A DNA stretch of 64,000 nt from a virus (lineage: Duplodnaviria; Caudoviricetes). The stretch is from IMG/VR virus record IMGVR_UViG_2786546892_000017; one strand, 5' to 3'. Positions 7,092 to 16,279 of this stretch are shown here, one piece after another; the first letter of the stretch is position 1, and every line of letters starts with the position of its first letter. The notes under the pieces are model-generated. The model was given only the letters and a program-made list of their open reading frames with translations. It was not told the origin of the DNA and did not search any database. Made by a program: the position numbers and the translations under genes.

Positions 7092-9248
7092 TCACCGCCG
7101 CCCCACGATGTGCCTATCAAGCATTTCCCGGGCAGCCACCCCCACAGCACCACCCGTCGCTGCGGAGACGACGCCACTGACGACCGAGCCGCCTGTACCG
7201 CCGATCGCACGGCCCAACGCCGTGGCCAAGGGCTCGATGTATTTGCCTTCGACAAAATAGTCTCGTAATTCTTTGATCCGTACACCTATTTCCGCGGTGG
7301 TGGAAGCTATCTTGACCTCCGGCTTCTCGCCGCCAGCTTGTCCAATCCCGAAACTTGACTCTCTGGCCTTGCGAATAACGTCATCGACAGATCCCGTCGA
7401 AACATTCCGAACGCCCTTACCCTCACTCGCCCCCTTCGTGTCGGGCGTTTCAACACTCTTGATGCCGAAGAATGCGTTCACGGAGTCGACAAGGTACTTG
7501 ATGCCGTCTGCCACGGCTTTCACGAATCGCGCGAACGTCGAGGCGGCGCCCAGGACGATGTTCTTCAGCAGGTTGAAGGTCGGGGCGAGTGCGTCCCCGA
7601 TCGAGCTGACCAGCGGGCCGACGGAGTTGGCCAAGGCGCTGAGCGTGTCGCCGATCGAGTCGAATGCGTCTCCCAAGGCGACCACCGATGGCTTGATCAC
7701 GGCAATGATGCCGTCGAACACGCCCTTGACTATGCCGACGATTGACGTAAAGGCATTGGCTACGCCGGAAATGATCCGCATCGCGATTCGCAGCGGAGCG
7801 GTCAGGGCGTTGACAAAAACCGATTGCATGTACGCGACGACCGGCTGGGCGACCGACATGATAGTATCGAATGCCGTCTTCATGGGAGACAAGAGGGCGG
7901 TGACGACATCCCCGATCGCCGTGACGACTGCCGATAGTACGTCAAAGACCACGGAAAGAGGGGCGAGGAGCATCGTCACAATTGGGGCCAGTGAAGCCAG
8001 AACGGACACAATCGGTTTGATGAGAGAGAGAACCGACAGGCTGAATTTCTGGGCCGCGACTCCGACCGTGATGAGCGTCGGGAGAATACTGCCGATGGCC
8101 GGGGCGATACTCTCGATCACGTTGACGAACAGGCTGATGGCGGTATCCACGTTCTTCAGGACCGCCCCGGCGCCGGTGGTCGCGATCTGAGTGAGCGTGT
8201 CGATGATGGGCGTGATGGCGGTGACGACGCGAGTGAACCCCGCCCCGAGTGCGTCGAGGACGACTTTCATCACCCCGGACAGTTTGCTGAAGATGGGTTG
8301 GAGTTCGGCCAGCGGTTTGGTTGCGGCCGCCATCACTCCCAATCCAACGGCAGCCCCCGCGATGCCGCCCAACAAAACCGAGAGTCCGCCCGTTGCGGTG
8401 CTAACAACTGATGAGAATACGCCAGTTACGGCGACAAGGGCGCCCATCCCCGTGGCCGCAGCCGCGAGTGCGGCCACCAACGCCTTGCCCTTTGGTGAAA
8501 GCGAGGCCAGTGAATCCGCCACGGCGCGCACAAGGGCAGTCGCGGAACCCATCACGGGTAGCAACGCCTCGCCTATCGACGCGCGCAGGTCCAGCACAGC
8601 GAATTCAAACCCCTTCACGGCGGTCGGCGAAAACGCCGCGACGTAAGACGCGATGTTGCTTTGGATGGAGCCAGTTAGCGAGTTGAGCCCGTTCGTGATC
8701 CCGCTGAAAAGTTGGGGCGCCCGTCCGAGCCCGGTTGTGAACTTCGAGTATTGGGTCGATACAACTCCGAGACCTTTTTGGAGCTGCGCCAGGGTGCCGG
8801 TTTGGGCTTTCACTTCGGCGTTGGCCTTGGTTCCTCCGGCCGTCAGTTTCTGCGTGTTGGCGACCAGCATCGCCATTTGTACGTTCGCAGGTTGCAATGC
8901 GGCGGCGATCGGCGTGACGTTCGCCAGCAGCTTCGCCACAGGGGGCGGGGACGATTGGTTTGCTCCGGACCCAGAGGGAGTCGCACCCGATTGTGTTTGC
9001 GACCCGGTGCCCAGGCTCGGCGCCGCCTTGCCGACGTTGGCGAAGAAATTCGAGATGGCCGATGTCAATTTGGCCAAAGGGTTCAAATTAGCAGCCGCGG
9101 ACATGAGTTTGCCTAGCCCGTTGGCGAGCTGGACTATCCGCACATCGAGCGGGGTGGTGAGTCCCGCTAAAGGGTTCTTTGTCGACGACTGGCTCGGCGC
9201 AGGAGACTTCGGCTGGTTCGGTTTCGGTTGGCTTGGCAGCGGGGGCAT
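7092..9248 (-). CDS. tail tape measure protein
   Basis: 718 aa of Ala/Gly/Val-rich amphipathic helical repeats; follows the tail tube and chaperone genes. Confidence 0.85.
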   Translation of the reverse strand: MPPLPSQPKPNQPKSPAPSQSSTKNPLAGLTTPLDVRIVQLANGLGKLMSAAANLNPLAKLTSAISNFFANVGKAAPSLGTGSQTQSGATPSGSGANQSSPPPVAKLLANVTPIAAALQPANVQMAMLVANTQKLTAGGTKANAEVKAQTGTLAQLQKGLGVVSTQYSKFTTGLGRAPQLFSGITNGLNSLTGSIQSNIASYVAAFSPTAVKGFEFAVLDLRASIGEALLPVMGSATALVRAVADSLASLSPKGKALVAALAAAATGMGALVAVTGVFSSVVSTATGGLSVLLGGIAGAAVGLGVMAAATKPLAELQPIFSKLSGVMKVVLDALGAGFTRVVTAITPIIDTLTQIATTGAGAVLKNVDTAISLFVNVIESIAPAIGSILPTLITVGVAAQKFSLSVLSLIKPIVSVLASLAPIVTMLLAPLSVVFDVLSAVVTAIGDVVTALLSPMKTAFDTIMSVAQPVVAYMQSVFVNALTAPLRIAMRIISGVANAFTSIVGIVKGVFDGIIAVIKPSVVALGDAFDSIGDTLSALANSVGPLVSSIGDALAPTFNLLKNIVLGAASTFARFVKAVADGIKYLVDSVNAFFGIKSVETPDTKGASEGKGVRNVSTGSVDDVIRKARESSFGIGQAGGEKPEVKIASTTAEIGVRIKELRDYFVEGKYIEPLATALGRAIGGTGGSVVSGVVSAATGGAVGVAAREMLDRHIVGRR

Positions 9249-9322
9249 AAACCAATCTCCGACACGTTACGCGGTACTACCCGGTGAACGTGTCGGAGAA
9301 AGGGGAACCGTCTGTATCGCGG

Positions 9323-9895
9323 CTATTCGCTCGCGGGTTCGTCGTAGTTCTTTTCGGCCGTCTCGATGGCGATGCGAATATCTTCGGGGTCTGCTTTGAT
9401 GGCGGTGCCCAGTTCGTTGAACAGATGGGGCACGATGGCTTTCATGGCGGAGCGCAACCCCGGCGGATTGTCGGCCGCCATGCCTACCACGTCTTCGTAG
9501 GTCATTTTCGGGTGGTTGGCTTGAAACAGTGACAGGACGTACAGGATGACTCCGGCCTCGCGATTCTTGCCGTTCCGGTATTCCACCCACAGAGGGCGAC
9601 CGGGCTTCTGTTCCCCCATCATCATGCGGCGGGAAAGTTGGTCGACCTTCTCGTCGTATTTAGCCTGGTCGACGAACCCCGCCGCCAATTGGCCTCGGAT
9701 GGCCCCGATTTCTTGCTTGATGAGCAGATCTTCAAACCGTTTGGAAGCGGCGCCGCCCGGTTGCCCCATTTGGTAGGTTTCGCCGTTCCACTCGACCGTT
9801 GCGAGCGGCGAGACGATTTTTTCGGCGGAACCTGTTAGCGCATGAATCTGGTCGTCAGCCACAAGATACCCTCGCGTGCTTGCTGTCGGTAACAT
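9323..9895 (-). CDS. tail assembly chaperone (G-like), paralogue of 9921-10748
   Basis: lies between tube and tape measure; aligns by eye with the N-terminal two thirds of the upstream gene. Confidence 0.65.
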   Translation of the reverse strand: MLPTASTRGYLVADDQIHALTGSAEKIVSPLATVEWNGETYQMGQPGGAASKRFEDLLIKQEIGAIRGQLAAGFVDQAKYDEKVDQLSRRMMMGEQKPGRPLWVEYRNGKNREAGVILYVLSLFQANHPKMTYEDVVGMAADNPPGLRSAMKAIVPHLFNELGTAIKADPEDIRIAIETAEKNYDEPASE

Positions 9896-9899
9896 CTGG

Positions 9900-9923
9900 A
9901 AGGTGTCAGTAAACAGGGAACTA
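9900..9923 (-). promoter_or_regulatory. class-B (late) promoter
   Basis: TAGTTCCC-N10-CACCTT; the TAG is the stop of the upstream gene. Confidence 0.8.
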
Positions 9924-10748
9924 ACTGGTCACAGGAACCGGCCCGTAGGCAGCAATCCATTTCTCGGTGTAATCAGCATGACACTTCTCAGCGTCCGCCA
10001 CCTTCCAGCCATCCTTCATAAGTCCATTGACCATATCCCGCTTGGGAACGTAGGCTTCGGACTCATCGGGTCGACCAGGTTCCATCAGTGGCGGCAACCC
10101 CTTCCGATCTCGCTCAATTTGTTCGGCCCGCTTGCGGTTCGACCGGATGTATTGATGTTCGATCTGGTAGTCCGTCAACGTGGCGTATTCGGACGGGTGC
10201 CAGGCGTAAGGCTCCAGGCAAAACATTTCGTAGAGATCGAGCGGGTTGAAGCGATATGCGCGGGCAACGGCTCCGGGTGGCATCGCGTCTGTTTCGCTAC
10301 TTTGCTTCGCAACGTCCGAATGAGGGATGAGGCAAGCAATTGCCAGCCGCACGTCCACCCGACAATCCGCACAGATCTCCACAGCATCAGCGACCGATAA
10401 ATCCGGATGACGGTCGGTAAGAAGCGACCACACGAACAAAACGTCGCCGACCTGCGAACAATCCCCGGACGAATATCGTTCCCAAAGCGGACCGCCCGTC
10501 CGATGGTCACCAGATTCCACGCGGGCGATACACGCCTCAATCTTTTCGTCGTGTATCGCCCGCGAAATCCAGCCGTCCCGAAGCTGTTGTTTAACCAACC
10601 GTTTTTCCGCTTCAACAACTGCGATTTCAAATCGTGCTTTTGCCGCTTGGGTCGGGTGGCCAACGTGGCAGACGACCCCACGCCACTCAATAGTGGGACA
10701 TGGGCCAGCATTGCCCAAAGACTGGAGGATAGATGGGATACGATTCAT
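9921..10748 (-). CDS. tail assembly chaperone (G-T fusion-like)
   Basis: position; C-terminal WHPSEYATLTDYQI resembles gpT-type segments. Confidence 0.65.
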   Translation of the reverse strand: MNRIPSILQSLGNAGPCPTIEWRGVVCHVGHPTQAAKARFEIAVVEAEKRLVKQQLRDGWISRAIHDEKIEACIARVESGDHRTGGPLWERYSSGDCSQVGDVLFVWSLLTDRHPDLSVADAVEICADCRVDVRLAIACLIPHSDVAKQSSETDAMPPGAVARAYRFNPLDLYEMFCLEPYAWHPSEYATLTDYQIEHQYIRSNRKRAEQIERDRKGLPPLMEPGRPDESEAYVPKRDMVNGLMKDGWKVADAEKCHADYTEKWIAAYGPVPVTS

Positions 10749-10764
10749 TCGCCACCTCGGCTGT

Positions 10765-11253
10765 TCACATGCCGTTGGTCACGTTCGGCAGTGCCCCGGA
10801 CCCGACCGCCGTGAAGCTGAACGCCCCCGGGTTGCCGGTCGTCCCGTCCACGTCCTGGCTGCGGTCGGTGATTTTGGCCACGCACCCGTAGCGGCCGAGC
10901 GGCGACAGCTTGCTGATGATGAGGTCGAGCACGACGAACGCCCCGTCCGGGAACTTACTGTCGGTAGTGCCCGCCGCGTCCGAGTTGTACGTCCCCGACA
11001 CCTGCACCGACCAACTGGTGATGCCGCCCTGGAGCTGGTACTCGTACACGTTGCCGTACTCGCCGACCGGGTTCTCGAACCCGATGAACTTGCCACCGTC
11101 GGTCTTCGGCGCAACCGACCACTTGTTGATTTCGGCGTTGGGCAATCGGGTGATGCTGCTCGGGGTGATGATCGGCAGATCCGTACCCGTTTGATACGCC
11201 ACCAGCCCGGACGAAAGCCGCCCGCTCGTCCCGGCCCAAATTGTAAATGCCAT
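10765..11253 (-). CDS. major tail tube protein
   Basis: INKWSV...GGITSWSVQVSGTY...FSFTAVGSGAL, the typical siphophage tube pattern. Confidence 0.8.
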   Translation of the reverse strand: MAFTIWAGTSGRLSSGLVAYQTGTDLPIITPSSITRLPNAEINKWSVAPKTDGGKFIGFENPVGEYGNVYEYQLQGGITSWSVQVSGTYNSDAAGTTDSKFPDGAFVVLDLIISKLSPLGRYGCVAKITDRSQDVDGTTGNPGAFSFTAVGSGALPNVTNGM

Positions 11254-11303
11254 GTCGAATCCTCCCCACCGAAACGATGGGCTTATTTTTCAGGAGGGGA
11301 TGA

Positions 11304-11819
11304 TTAGTGGACGCCCGCGAACACGACGGTGACGACCGCCGCGTTGGATGAGTCGTTGTTCGTGATTCGCACGGTGTCCGATGTGCCGCTCGCCACGGTG
11401 AACCCGGCCGCACTCCACCCGGAGAGCGGGGGGCCGCCCGAGTTAATGCTCCAGGTGTTGCCAACGGCCCCGAAGTTCAACGCGATGGGATGGGTGGGGC
11501 CGGTGCCGCCGATCGTGATGCTGGACGCCCCGCCGGCCGCGAGGATGATCGTGTACCCTTTGACCGTGGACAGCCCGGCGACGGTGGCGCCGAACATGTC
11601 CGTCAGCGACCCGCTCAGCGTGATGTCCTGGGTGCCGCTGGCCGCGATCGTGTACGTGATCGGGACGATGGTGTTCATCTGCCCGGACGAGGTGCCGAAC
11701 GCCAGAGTCGAACTGCCCGACTGCGTGTTGGCCGACGTCTGATTCGGGAGAAACGCGGTGCCGGCCGCAGTGCCGTTGATGCCGACGCTGCCCGATTGGT
11801 TAAATGTCCCGCCGATCAT
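11304..11819 (-). CDS. Gly/Ser/Thr-rich virion protein
   Basis: beta-rich composition, tail module, class-B promoter. Confidence 0.65.
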   Translation of the reverse strand: MIGGTFNQSGSVGINGTAAGTAFLPNQTSANTQSGSSTLAFGTSSGQMNTIVPITYTIAASGTQDITLSGSLTDMFGATVAGLSTVKGYTIILAAGGASSITIGGTGPTHPIALNFGAVGNTWSINSGGPPLSGWSAAGFTVASGTSDTVRITNNDSSNAAVVTVVFAGVH

Positions 11820-11845
11820 TCTTGGGCACCTCTGTGTGTGCCCCG

Positions 11846-11869
11846 AACGTGCCGCCGAGATGGGAACTA
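11846..11869 (-). promoter_or_regulatory. class-B (late) promoter
   Basis: TAGTTCCC-N10-CACGTT; the TAG is the upstream stop. Confidence 0.75.
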
Positions 11870-12346
11870 CGGACCCGTACGAAGTGCCTGCACGGAATAG
11901 TCGAGCGTCACCTTGAACACGTACCCAATCGTCTCGGTCCGCGTCGTGTCCGTCATTCGCCGCTGCTTCGGTGGGAGAATGGTTTCAATCGTCTGGCCGG
12001 TTACGGGGAGGCTGGTACACCAGTCGAACCCTTGGGCCGCGTTGTACGCCCCGGCCCCGAACCGGATGCCCAAAGCGATGGCATCCGCCGCCGCAAGGCT
12101 CAGGGCATAGATTTCGAACGTGAAGTCTGTGGTCTCGATCACCTCGTACTCGAAGGTCTGGAAGGACGGGGTGGTACCGTTGTCCTTCAGGAGCACGTAG
12201 GGCGGCTTGTACGGGTTCCCGCTGCCGTCCTTGGCCGGCACCTCGTCAAAGAGGATGGGGACGGGCGGACTCGGCGGTGACGGGGTGGCCACCGGGAGGG
12301 ACTGGTAGAACTCGACGATGGCGCCGATGATGGAAGTGGATGGCAT
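11867..12346 (-). CDS. tail terminator/completion protein
   Basis: FDEVP...PPYVLL...FTFEIYA...ADAIA pattern; leaderless ATG at 12346. Confidence 0.7.
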   Translation of the reverse strand: MPSTSIIGAIVEFYQSLPVATPSPPSPPVPILFDEVPAKDGSGNPYKPPYVLLKDNGTTPSFQTFEYEVIETTDFTFEIYALSLAAADAIALGIRFGAGAYNAAQGFDWCTSLPVTGQTIETILPPKQRRMTDTTRTETIGYVFKVTLDYSVQALRTGP

Positions 12347-12353
12347 GCCCCGG

Positions 12354-12377
12354 AAGGTGACGGGGGGCGGGGAACTA
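12354..12377 (-). promoter_or_regulatory. class-B (late) promoter
   Basis: TAGTTCCC-N10-CACCTT-N7-ATG. Confidence 0.85.
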
Positions 12378-12632
12378 GCGGCGGTGGCGACGGGGCTTCT
12401 GTGCCCCATGCACCGGCTGACTCCGTCTGTTAACCCCACGGTGCGGACGGTCCAGCGACACATAAAAGTTCTTCCGGCACACTTCCGCCCAATGTTCGCG
12501 GTTGCCACGGCCGGAAGGCGGGATCGGTCCGTCATCGAGATCGGCGTCAGGGTCGCAGGTGTACGCCTCTTGGCGGTAATCGATGTAGTCTTCCCACTGT
12601 GACCAATACCCATAATCGCGGATCATCCCCAT
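12375..12632 (-). CDS. hypothetical protein
   Basis: fills the gap between structural genes; its stop is the TAG of the class-B box. Confidence 0.5.
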   Translation of the reverse strand: MGMIRDYGYWSQWEDYIDYRQEAYTCDPDADLDDGPIPPSGRGNREHWAEVCRKNFYVSLDRPHRGVNRRSQPVHGAQKPRRHRR

Positions 12633-12635
12633 TCC

Positions 12636-13016
12636 TCAATACACCGTCTGTACCAGTTTCACCTTCGCATACGGGGCAATATCCGTACTGATCATCGCCC
12701 CGTGCAAATCCACCGTCACCACGCGCAAGTACATGTTCTTCGCTTCTACGGGGTTCCCCCCCTGATTCAGCACGAACAGCCGGTCGCCACGCTGGATGCC
12801 CAGATAATTCGTCCACATCACGTGGCTGACCTGCCACCCTTCCGTCGACCCCTCGACCTGCTGTTCGCTGGTCGACTGCTCGCCGATGTAGCACTTGATC
12901 GACGCGATGCGGGTGGTCCACGCGAGTACGTTGCCCCCGTCCGCGTCCTGGGTGGACGATTCCATTTCGACGCGGGCGCGGTGAACGAGGAGGTCGTCGC
13001 CGATGGGGTCTGCCAT
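12636..13016 (-). CDS. head-tail adaptor (head closure protein)
   Basis: TQDADGGNVLAW...IQRGDRL, SPP1 gp16-like. Confidence 0.75.
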   Translation of the reverse strand: MADPIGDDLLVHRARVEMESSTQDADGGNVLAWTTRIASIKCYIGEQSTSEQQVEGSTEGWQVSHVMWTNYLGIQRGDRLFVLNQGGNPVEAKNMYLRVVTVDLHGAMISTDIAPYAKVKLVQTVY

Positions 13017-13023
13017 GACCCGG

Positions 13024-13047
13024 AAAGTGGGGCGGGGGCGGGAACTA
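13024..13047 (-). promoter_or_regulatory. class-B (late) promoter
   Basis: TAGTTCCC-N10-CACTTT-N7-ATG. Confidence 0.85.
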
Positions 13048-13239
13048 GACCACTGGCGACGTCACCCGCGGTTTCGCTGCCACGACTGCTCGCCCGACGA
13101 TCCCGAATGCTTCGTCAACCGTGTATCCTTTTTGGATGAGAATCTTGACTTGCTGTAAAGCCGTGTGCGGGCTGCCGATTTCCCACGGTTCGCCCACTTC
13201 AGGAATAGCGTACATCGCGGGAATTTCGTTCCCAGACAT
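13045..13239 (-). CDS. small hypothetical protein (moron)
   Basis: MSGNEIPA..., bracketed by a class-A promoter and a class-B box. Confidence 0.5.
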   Translation of the reverse strand: MSGNEIPAMYAIPEVGEPWEIGSPHTALQQVKILIQKGYTVDEAFGIVGRAVVAAKPRVTSPVV

Positions 13240-13289
13240 GGGCAGCCTCACGGGTATCGGCCCCCAACCTCCGGGAGCCTTACGTGAGC

Positions 13290-13359
13290 ATCCTACCCGC
13301 CCCGTTGCCTGAGTCGTAATCCCGGCCGCCGTCACTCAGGCAACGCGCCCAGTTAGGAT
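13290..13359. promoter_or_regulatory. back-to-back pair of class-A promoters
   Basis: minus: CTCAGGCAAC-N8-TAGGAT (13290-13313); plus: CTCAGGCAAC-N9-TAGGAT (13335-13359). Confidence 0.8.
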
Positions 13360-13894
13360 GCTGGTGTTGGCGAAATCACCGACGAAATCAATCGAGGAAC
13401 ACATGAACGCAGCCGATTTGGAAACTCTGTCGAATGGCCTGTCCGCCCTGAACGGCGTCATTGTGGGACTGTCCGCCAACGCGACCGATGGAGACGTGAT
13501 CCGTGAGCGGACTCATGAAACGTGCGAAAAGATGTGCGAGGTACTGAAGAAATACAGCCCGGCGTCGGCGGGATGGGTGTGCGAATCGCCCGATAAGGAG
13601 CCGGCGACCAAGCCGTCTGCTAATTCACGAACCGTCACGCCCAAGGAAGCCGGAGAAATCCTGCGAACCGACCGAGACCACCACTTTGCCGGAGCCAGCA
13701 GCGACTACGAATCTGAGGCATATCGGCTTGCTGCTGACATGCTCACCGGGAAGTGGGCGACATGCGACCGTGACCGCGAACCGGTCATCCTTCGTGGTGG
13801 CAAGATCATGACCCAAACCAGCCGGATAATCCTCCAGGCGGTTGCGCTGGCCGGGAAAGGGATAATGCTCCCGGTCGTCACGTTCCCTGCGTAG
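13358..13894 (+). CDS. hypothetical protein (antisense moron)
   Basis: ORF downstream of a class-A promoter; likely start MNAADL after GAGGA. Confidence 0.65.
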   Translation: MLVLAKSPTKSIEEHMNAADLETLSNGLSALNGVIVGLSANATDGDVIRERTHETCEKMCEVLKKYSPASAGWVCESPDKEPATKPSANSRTVTPKEAGEILRTDRDHHFAGASSDYESEAYRLAADMLTGKWATCDRDREPVILRGGKIMTQTSRIILQAVALAGKGIMLPVVTFPA

Positions 13895-13931
13895 CACCCG
13901 GCCGAACAAGGGGCCAACGGATTGGCCCCGT

Positions 13932-14849
13932 CTAGCCCATCGCAATCACCCGCCGCTTCCGCCGAAACAACGCATTCGCCAACTGGTCGGTCAAAAACGG
14001 CGTCACCCCCGGCCCATTACTCCCCGTCTGCCGCTGGAACGGCGTAATACTGAACGACACGTCCCCCAGGCTCCGGTTCCCCTTGTACCCCAAACCCAGA
14101 TTCTGTTGAAACTTCCACCGCGCCCCGGCCTCCGCGTACATCGCCTCCACGATGTCGGGCGGCACGCACGGCCCCACGGTATACGTCACGCGGATGCACC
14201 CCCGCGCGGGCTCCAGCGTGTAGGCCAGCCGGTCCGGGGCAACTTGCCACCTGAAGTCCCAGACGGTCCGAATACGGCGGAGCAGGTTCGGCGGCTGGAA
14301 AAAGTAGTCCTGCCCGAGCGTCAGGACGGTAGAGACGCCGCACGGCGAGTCGATCGCCACTTGTGGCGCCGCGGCGTAGTTCTCCCCGCCAGCCGTGAGC
14401 GTGATGCTCGTGACCACGCCGTTGACGACCGTGGCAGTCGCCGCCGCGTCCGCCCCGCCCCCGCCGACGAAGATCACATTGGGAATCTGGGTGTACCCAC
14501 TGCTGCCGCTGACGAGTGTTACGCCCGTGACTACACCGTTGGTGACGGCTGACGTCGCTGTGGCCGCCGGCAGTCCCTGGAAGCCTTCTGGGGTCGTCCC
14601 GGCGTGCCCGTACCAGTCCTGACGCACTTCGAGCACGCTGGATGCGGGTTGCCGCAGGACGGCCGTATCCGTCCCGTAGCCCGACAGGTATTCCGTCGTG
14701 GTGACGGGCGTGGGATCGTACCCGAGATAGTCGACCACCGCAGCCTGCAGGCCACGGAGGATCGACACCGCGATTTCGGGCGTGAGACTGGAGTCGAGGG
14801 CGACCAGCCGGGCCGGGTCGCACCAGAGGGTCGGGCACGCGGTTGACAT
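13932..14849 (-). CDS. head-tail connector with an inserted beta-rich domain
   Basis: AVVDYLGY...TTTEY...IRVTYTVG..VPPDIVEA frame; internal duplicated ATATxxVxNGVVTxxTLxxGxxxY repeat. Confidence 0.7.
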   Translation of the reverse strand: MSTACPTLWCDPARLVALDSSLTPEIAVSILRGLQAAVVDYLGYDPTPVTTTEYLSGYGTDTAVLRQPASSVLEVRQDWYGHAGTTPEGFQGLPAATATSAVTNGVVTGVTLVSGSSGYTQIPNVIFVGGGGADAAATATVVNGVVTSITLTAGGENYAAAPQVAIDSPCGVSTVLTLGQDYFFQPPNLLRRIRTVWDFRWQVAPDRLAYTLEPARGCIRVTYTVGPCVPPDIVEAMYAEAGARWKFQQNLGLGYKGNRSLGDVSFSITPFQRQTGSNGPGVTPFLTDQLANALFRRKRRVIAMG

Positions 14850-14855
14850 GCTCGG

Positions 14856-14879
14856 AAAGTGTGACGGAGTAGGGAACTA
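14856..14879 (-). promoter_or_regulatory. class-B (late) promoter
   Basis: TAGTTCCC-N10-CACTTT-N6-ATG. Confidence 0.85.
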
Positions 14880-14888
14880 GCGACCACC

Positions 14889-15002
14889 CTACCGGAACCA
14901 TGCCCCCTCCGAATTAAGTGCCCACCGGAGGAACAGAAGCATGCCAACACAGCCGACGACGGCGCCGCTAAGACTTGCCCCGATCAGATACACCCAATCC
15001 AT
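14889..15002 (-). CDS. 37-aa single-TM peptide (not in the ORF track)
   Basis: MDWVYLIGASLSGAVVGCVGMLLFLRWALNSEGAWFR*, strong AAGGAG RBS. Confidence 0.6.
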   Translation of the reverse strand: MDWVYLIGASLSGAVVGCVGMLLFLRWALNSEGAWFR

Positions 15003-15169
15003 GATTCTCCTTCACATAAATAAGGTCTGTTCAGGCCGGCGTTCGGCTTACGGTGCAGAACAGCATACACCTAGGACTTCCGCCCCTTCGGACGGGACGG
15101 GCGGCGGTGGGAAAACCGGAAACACCTGCCGGCTCACCTTAATGAGAACCCGGCAGGTGTTGTTTCGCG

Positions 15170-15442
15170 TCAGTCTGATCCGTCGCCCCTAGCGTAAAAA
15201 TACTGCACGCCCCGCACATTCACCCGCGGGATACAAAGCGTACACCGCAGGTTGTCGGTGGTCAGGCTCCGGTCCAGGGCGATCGTGATCGCTTCGGCCG
15301 TGTCGCGGACCACGAATCCGCACGATTCCATTTCGCTCATGCCGGCCGCCTCATCGGGGGTCGCGGGCCAGCCGGTCGTGATCTTGGAGTCGAACCAGCG
15401 GACGAAGGCGATCTGCTTGGGGGCGGGCGGTTCTTCGTTCAC
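15170..15442 (-). CDS. hypothetical phage protein
   Basis: IAFVRWFDS...GW...MESCGFVV...IP motif; start estimated. Confidence 0.6.
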   Translation of the reverse strand: MNEEPPAPKQIAFVRWFDSKITTGWPATPDEAAGMSEMESCGFVVRDTAEAITIALDRSLTTDNLRCTLCIPRVNVRGVQYFYARGDGSD

Positions 15443-15684
15443 TGGAACCAACCCCCTCCTATCGGAAACCACAGGTCCACCACCTTCGTCACCATCTCCC
15501 CCGCCACCCCACTCCGCACTACCTCCGTCCCCGCGCCCCGCTTGCACGTCAGGACGATCTCGCCATACGCCCCGGCCACCGATTCCACCTTGGCGAACTG
15601 GCCGTCGATGCGAACGATGTCCCCGACGACGATCGTTTCGAGTAGGACGCGGGCGGTGGTGTGGGAGGAGTCGGAAGGGGTCAT
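15439..15684 (-). CDS. hypothetical protein
   Basis: ATG 6 nt after a class-A -10 element. Confidence 0.55.
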   Translation of the reverse strand: MTPSDSSHTTARVLLETIVVGDIVRIDGQFAKVESVAGAYGEIVLTCKRGAGTEVVRSGVAGEMVTKVVDLWFPIGGGWFQ

Positions 15685-15690
15685 GGGAGG

Positions 15691-15717
15691 ATCATAGCGG
15701 GGTGCGTTGCCTGAGTC
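15691..15717 (-). promoter_or_regulatory. class-A promoter
   Basis: GACTCAGGCAAC-N9-TATGAT; overlaps the upstream TGA. Confidence 0.8.
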
Positions 15718-16213
15718 AGAACTGGCCAGATGCCGCCGCGATCAAGCCGAGTGTCAGGAGGTGAAACGTGTTGTCCACAACGATGACGGACCACGGCGAC
15801 ATTCCAACGGGCGGAAGCGATGCGAATACCGTTTGCCCGCTGACGTTCCGCATCCACCTACCCGCGAGACGGAAACGATCGATAGGCCAGTGAACCGCGA
15901 AACACACCAGTAAACCCCACCACGGCATCCACCAGAGGGAGCAGGCGAACACGGCCAGCGTGTACAGGCAGCAGTGAACGGTGCAGGCGAGGTGCCCACG
16001 AAGGCTGGTCGCCCGCTGTCCTGAGTAGGCATCCATTGCTGCGTTTCGGTCTAGCAATTTTCGTGAATAAGCGGGCAAATCGAACGGGTCCGCATCGACA
16101 GCCCAAGTGGGCTTGCGAGGACAGAGCGGGTTCGTCTTGTTCCCCGCCATCCAGTCATTCTGAAAAATGTAATCACCGAGCATATGCCCAACGATCAACC
16201 AGAACCCGACCAT
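15716..16213 (-). CDS. DUF3307-like membrane protein
   Basis: GHMLGDYIFQNDWMA.NK...HCCLY...HWPID...DNTFH. Confidence 0.8.
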   Translation of the reverse strand: MVGFWLIVGHMLGDYIFQNDWMAGNKTNPLCPRKPTWAVDADPFDLPAYSRKLLDRNAAMDAYSGQRATSLRGHLACTVHCCLYTLAVFACSLWWMPWWGLLVCFAVHWPIDRFRLAGRWMRNVSGQTVFASLPPVGMSPWSVIVVDNTFHLLTLGLIAAASGQF

Positions 16214-16252
16214 GAAATGCCCTCGCGTCAGTGATTCTCACGACCCGAGAGC

Positions 16253-16279
16253 ATCCTACCGCCCCGCGTTGCCTGACTC
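16253..16279 (-). promoter_or_regulatory. class-A promoter
   Basis: GAGTCAGGCAAC-N9-TAGGAT. Confidence 0.8.

Noticed and set aside
7273-9399. Long plus-strand ORFs opposite tape measure (and similar ones opposite portal, capsid and terminase)
   Set aside because: Antisense shadows of GC-rich coding sequence with no recognisable motifs.
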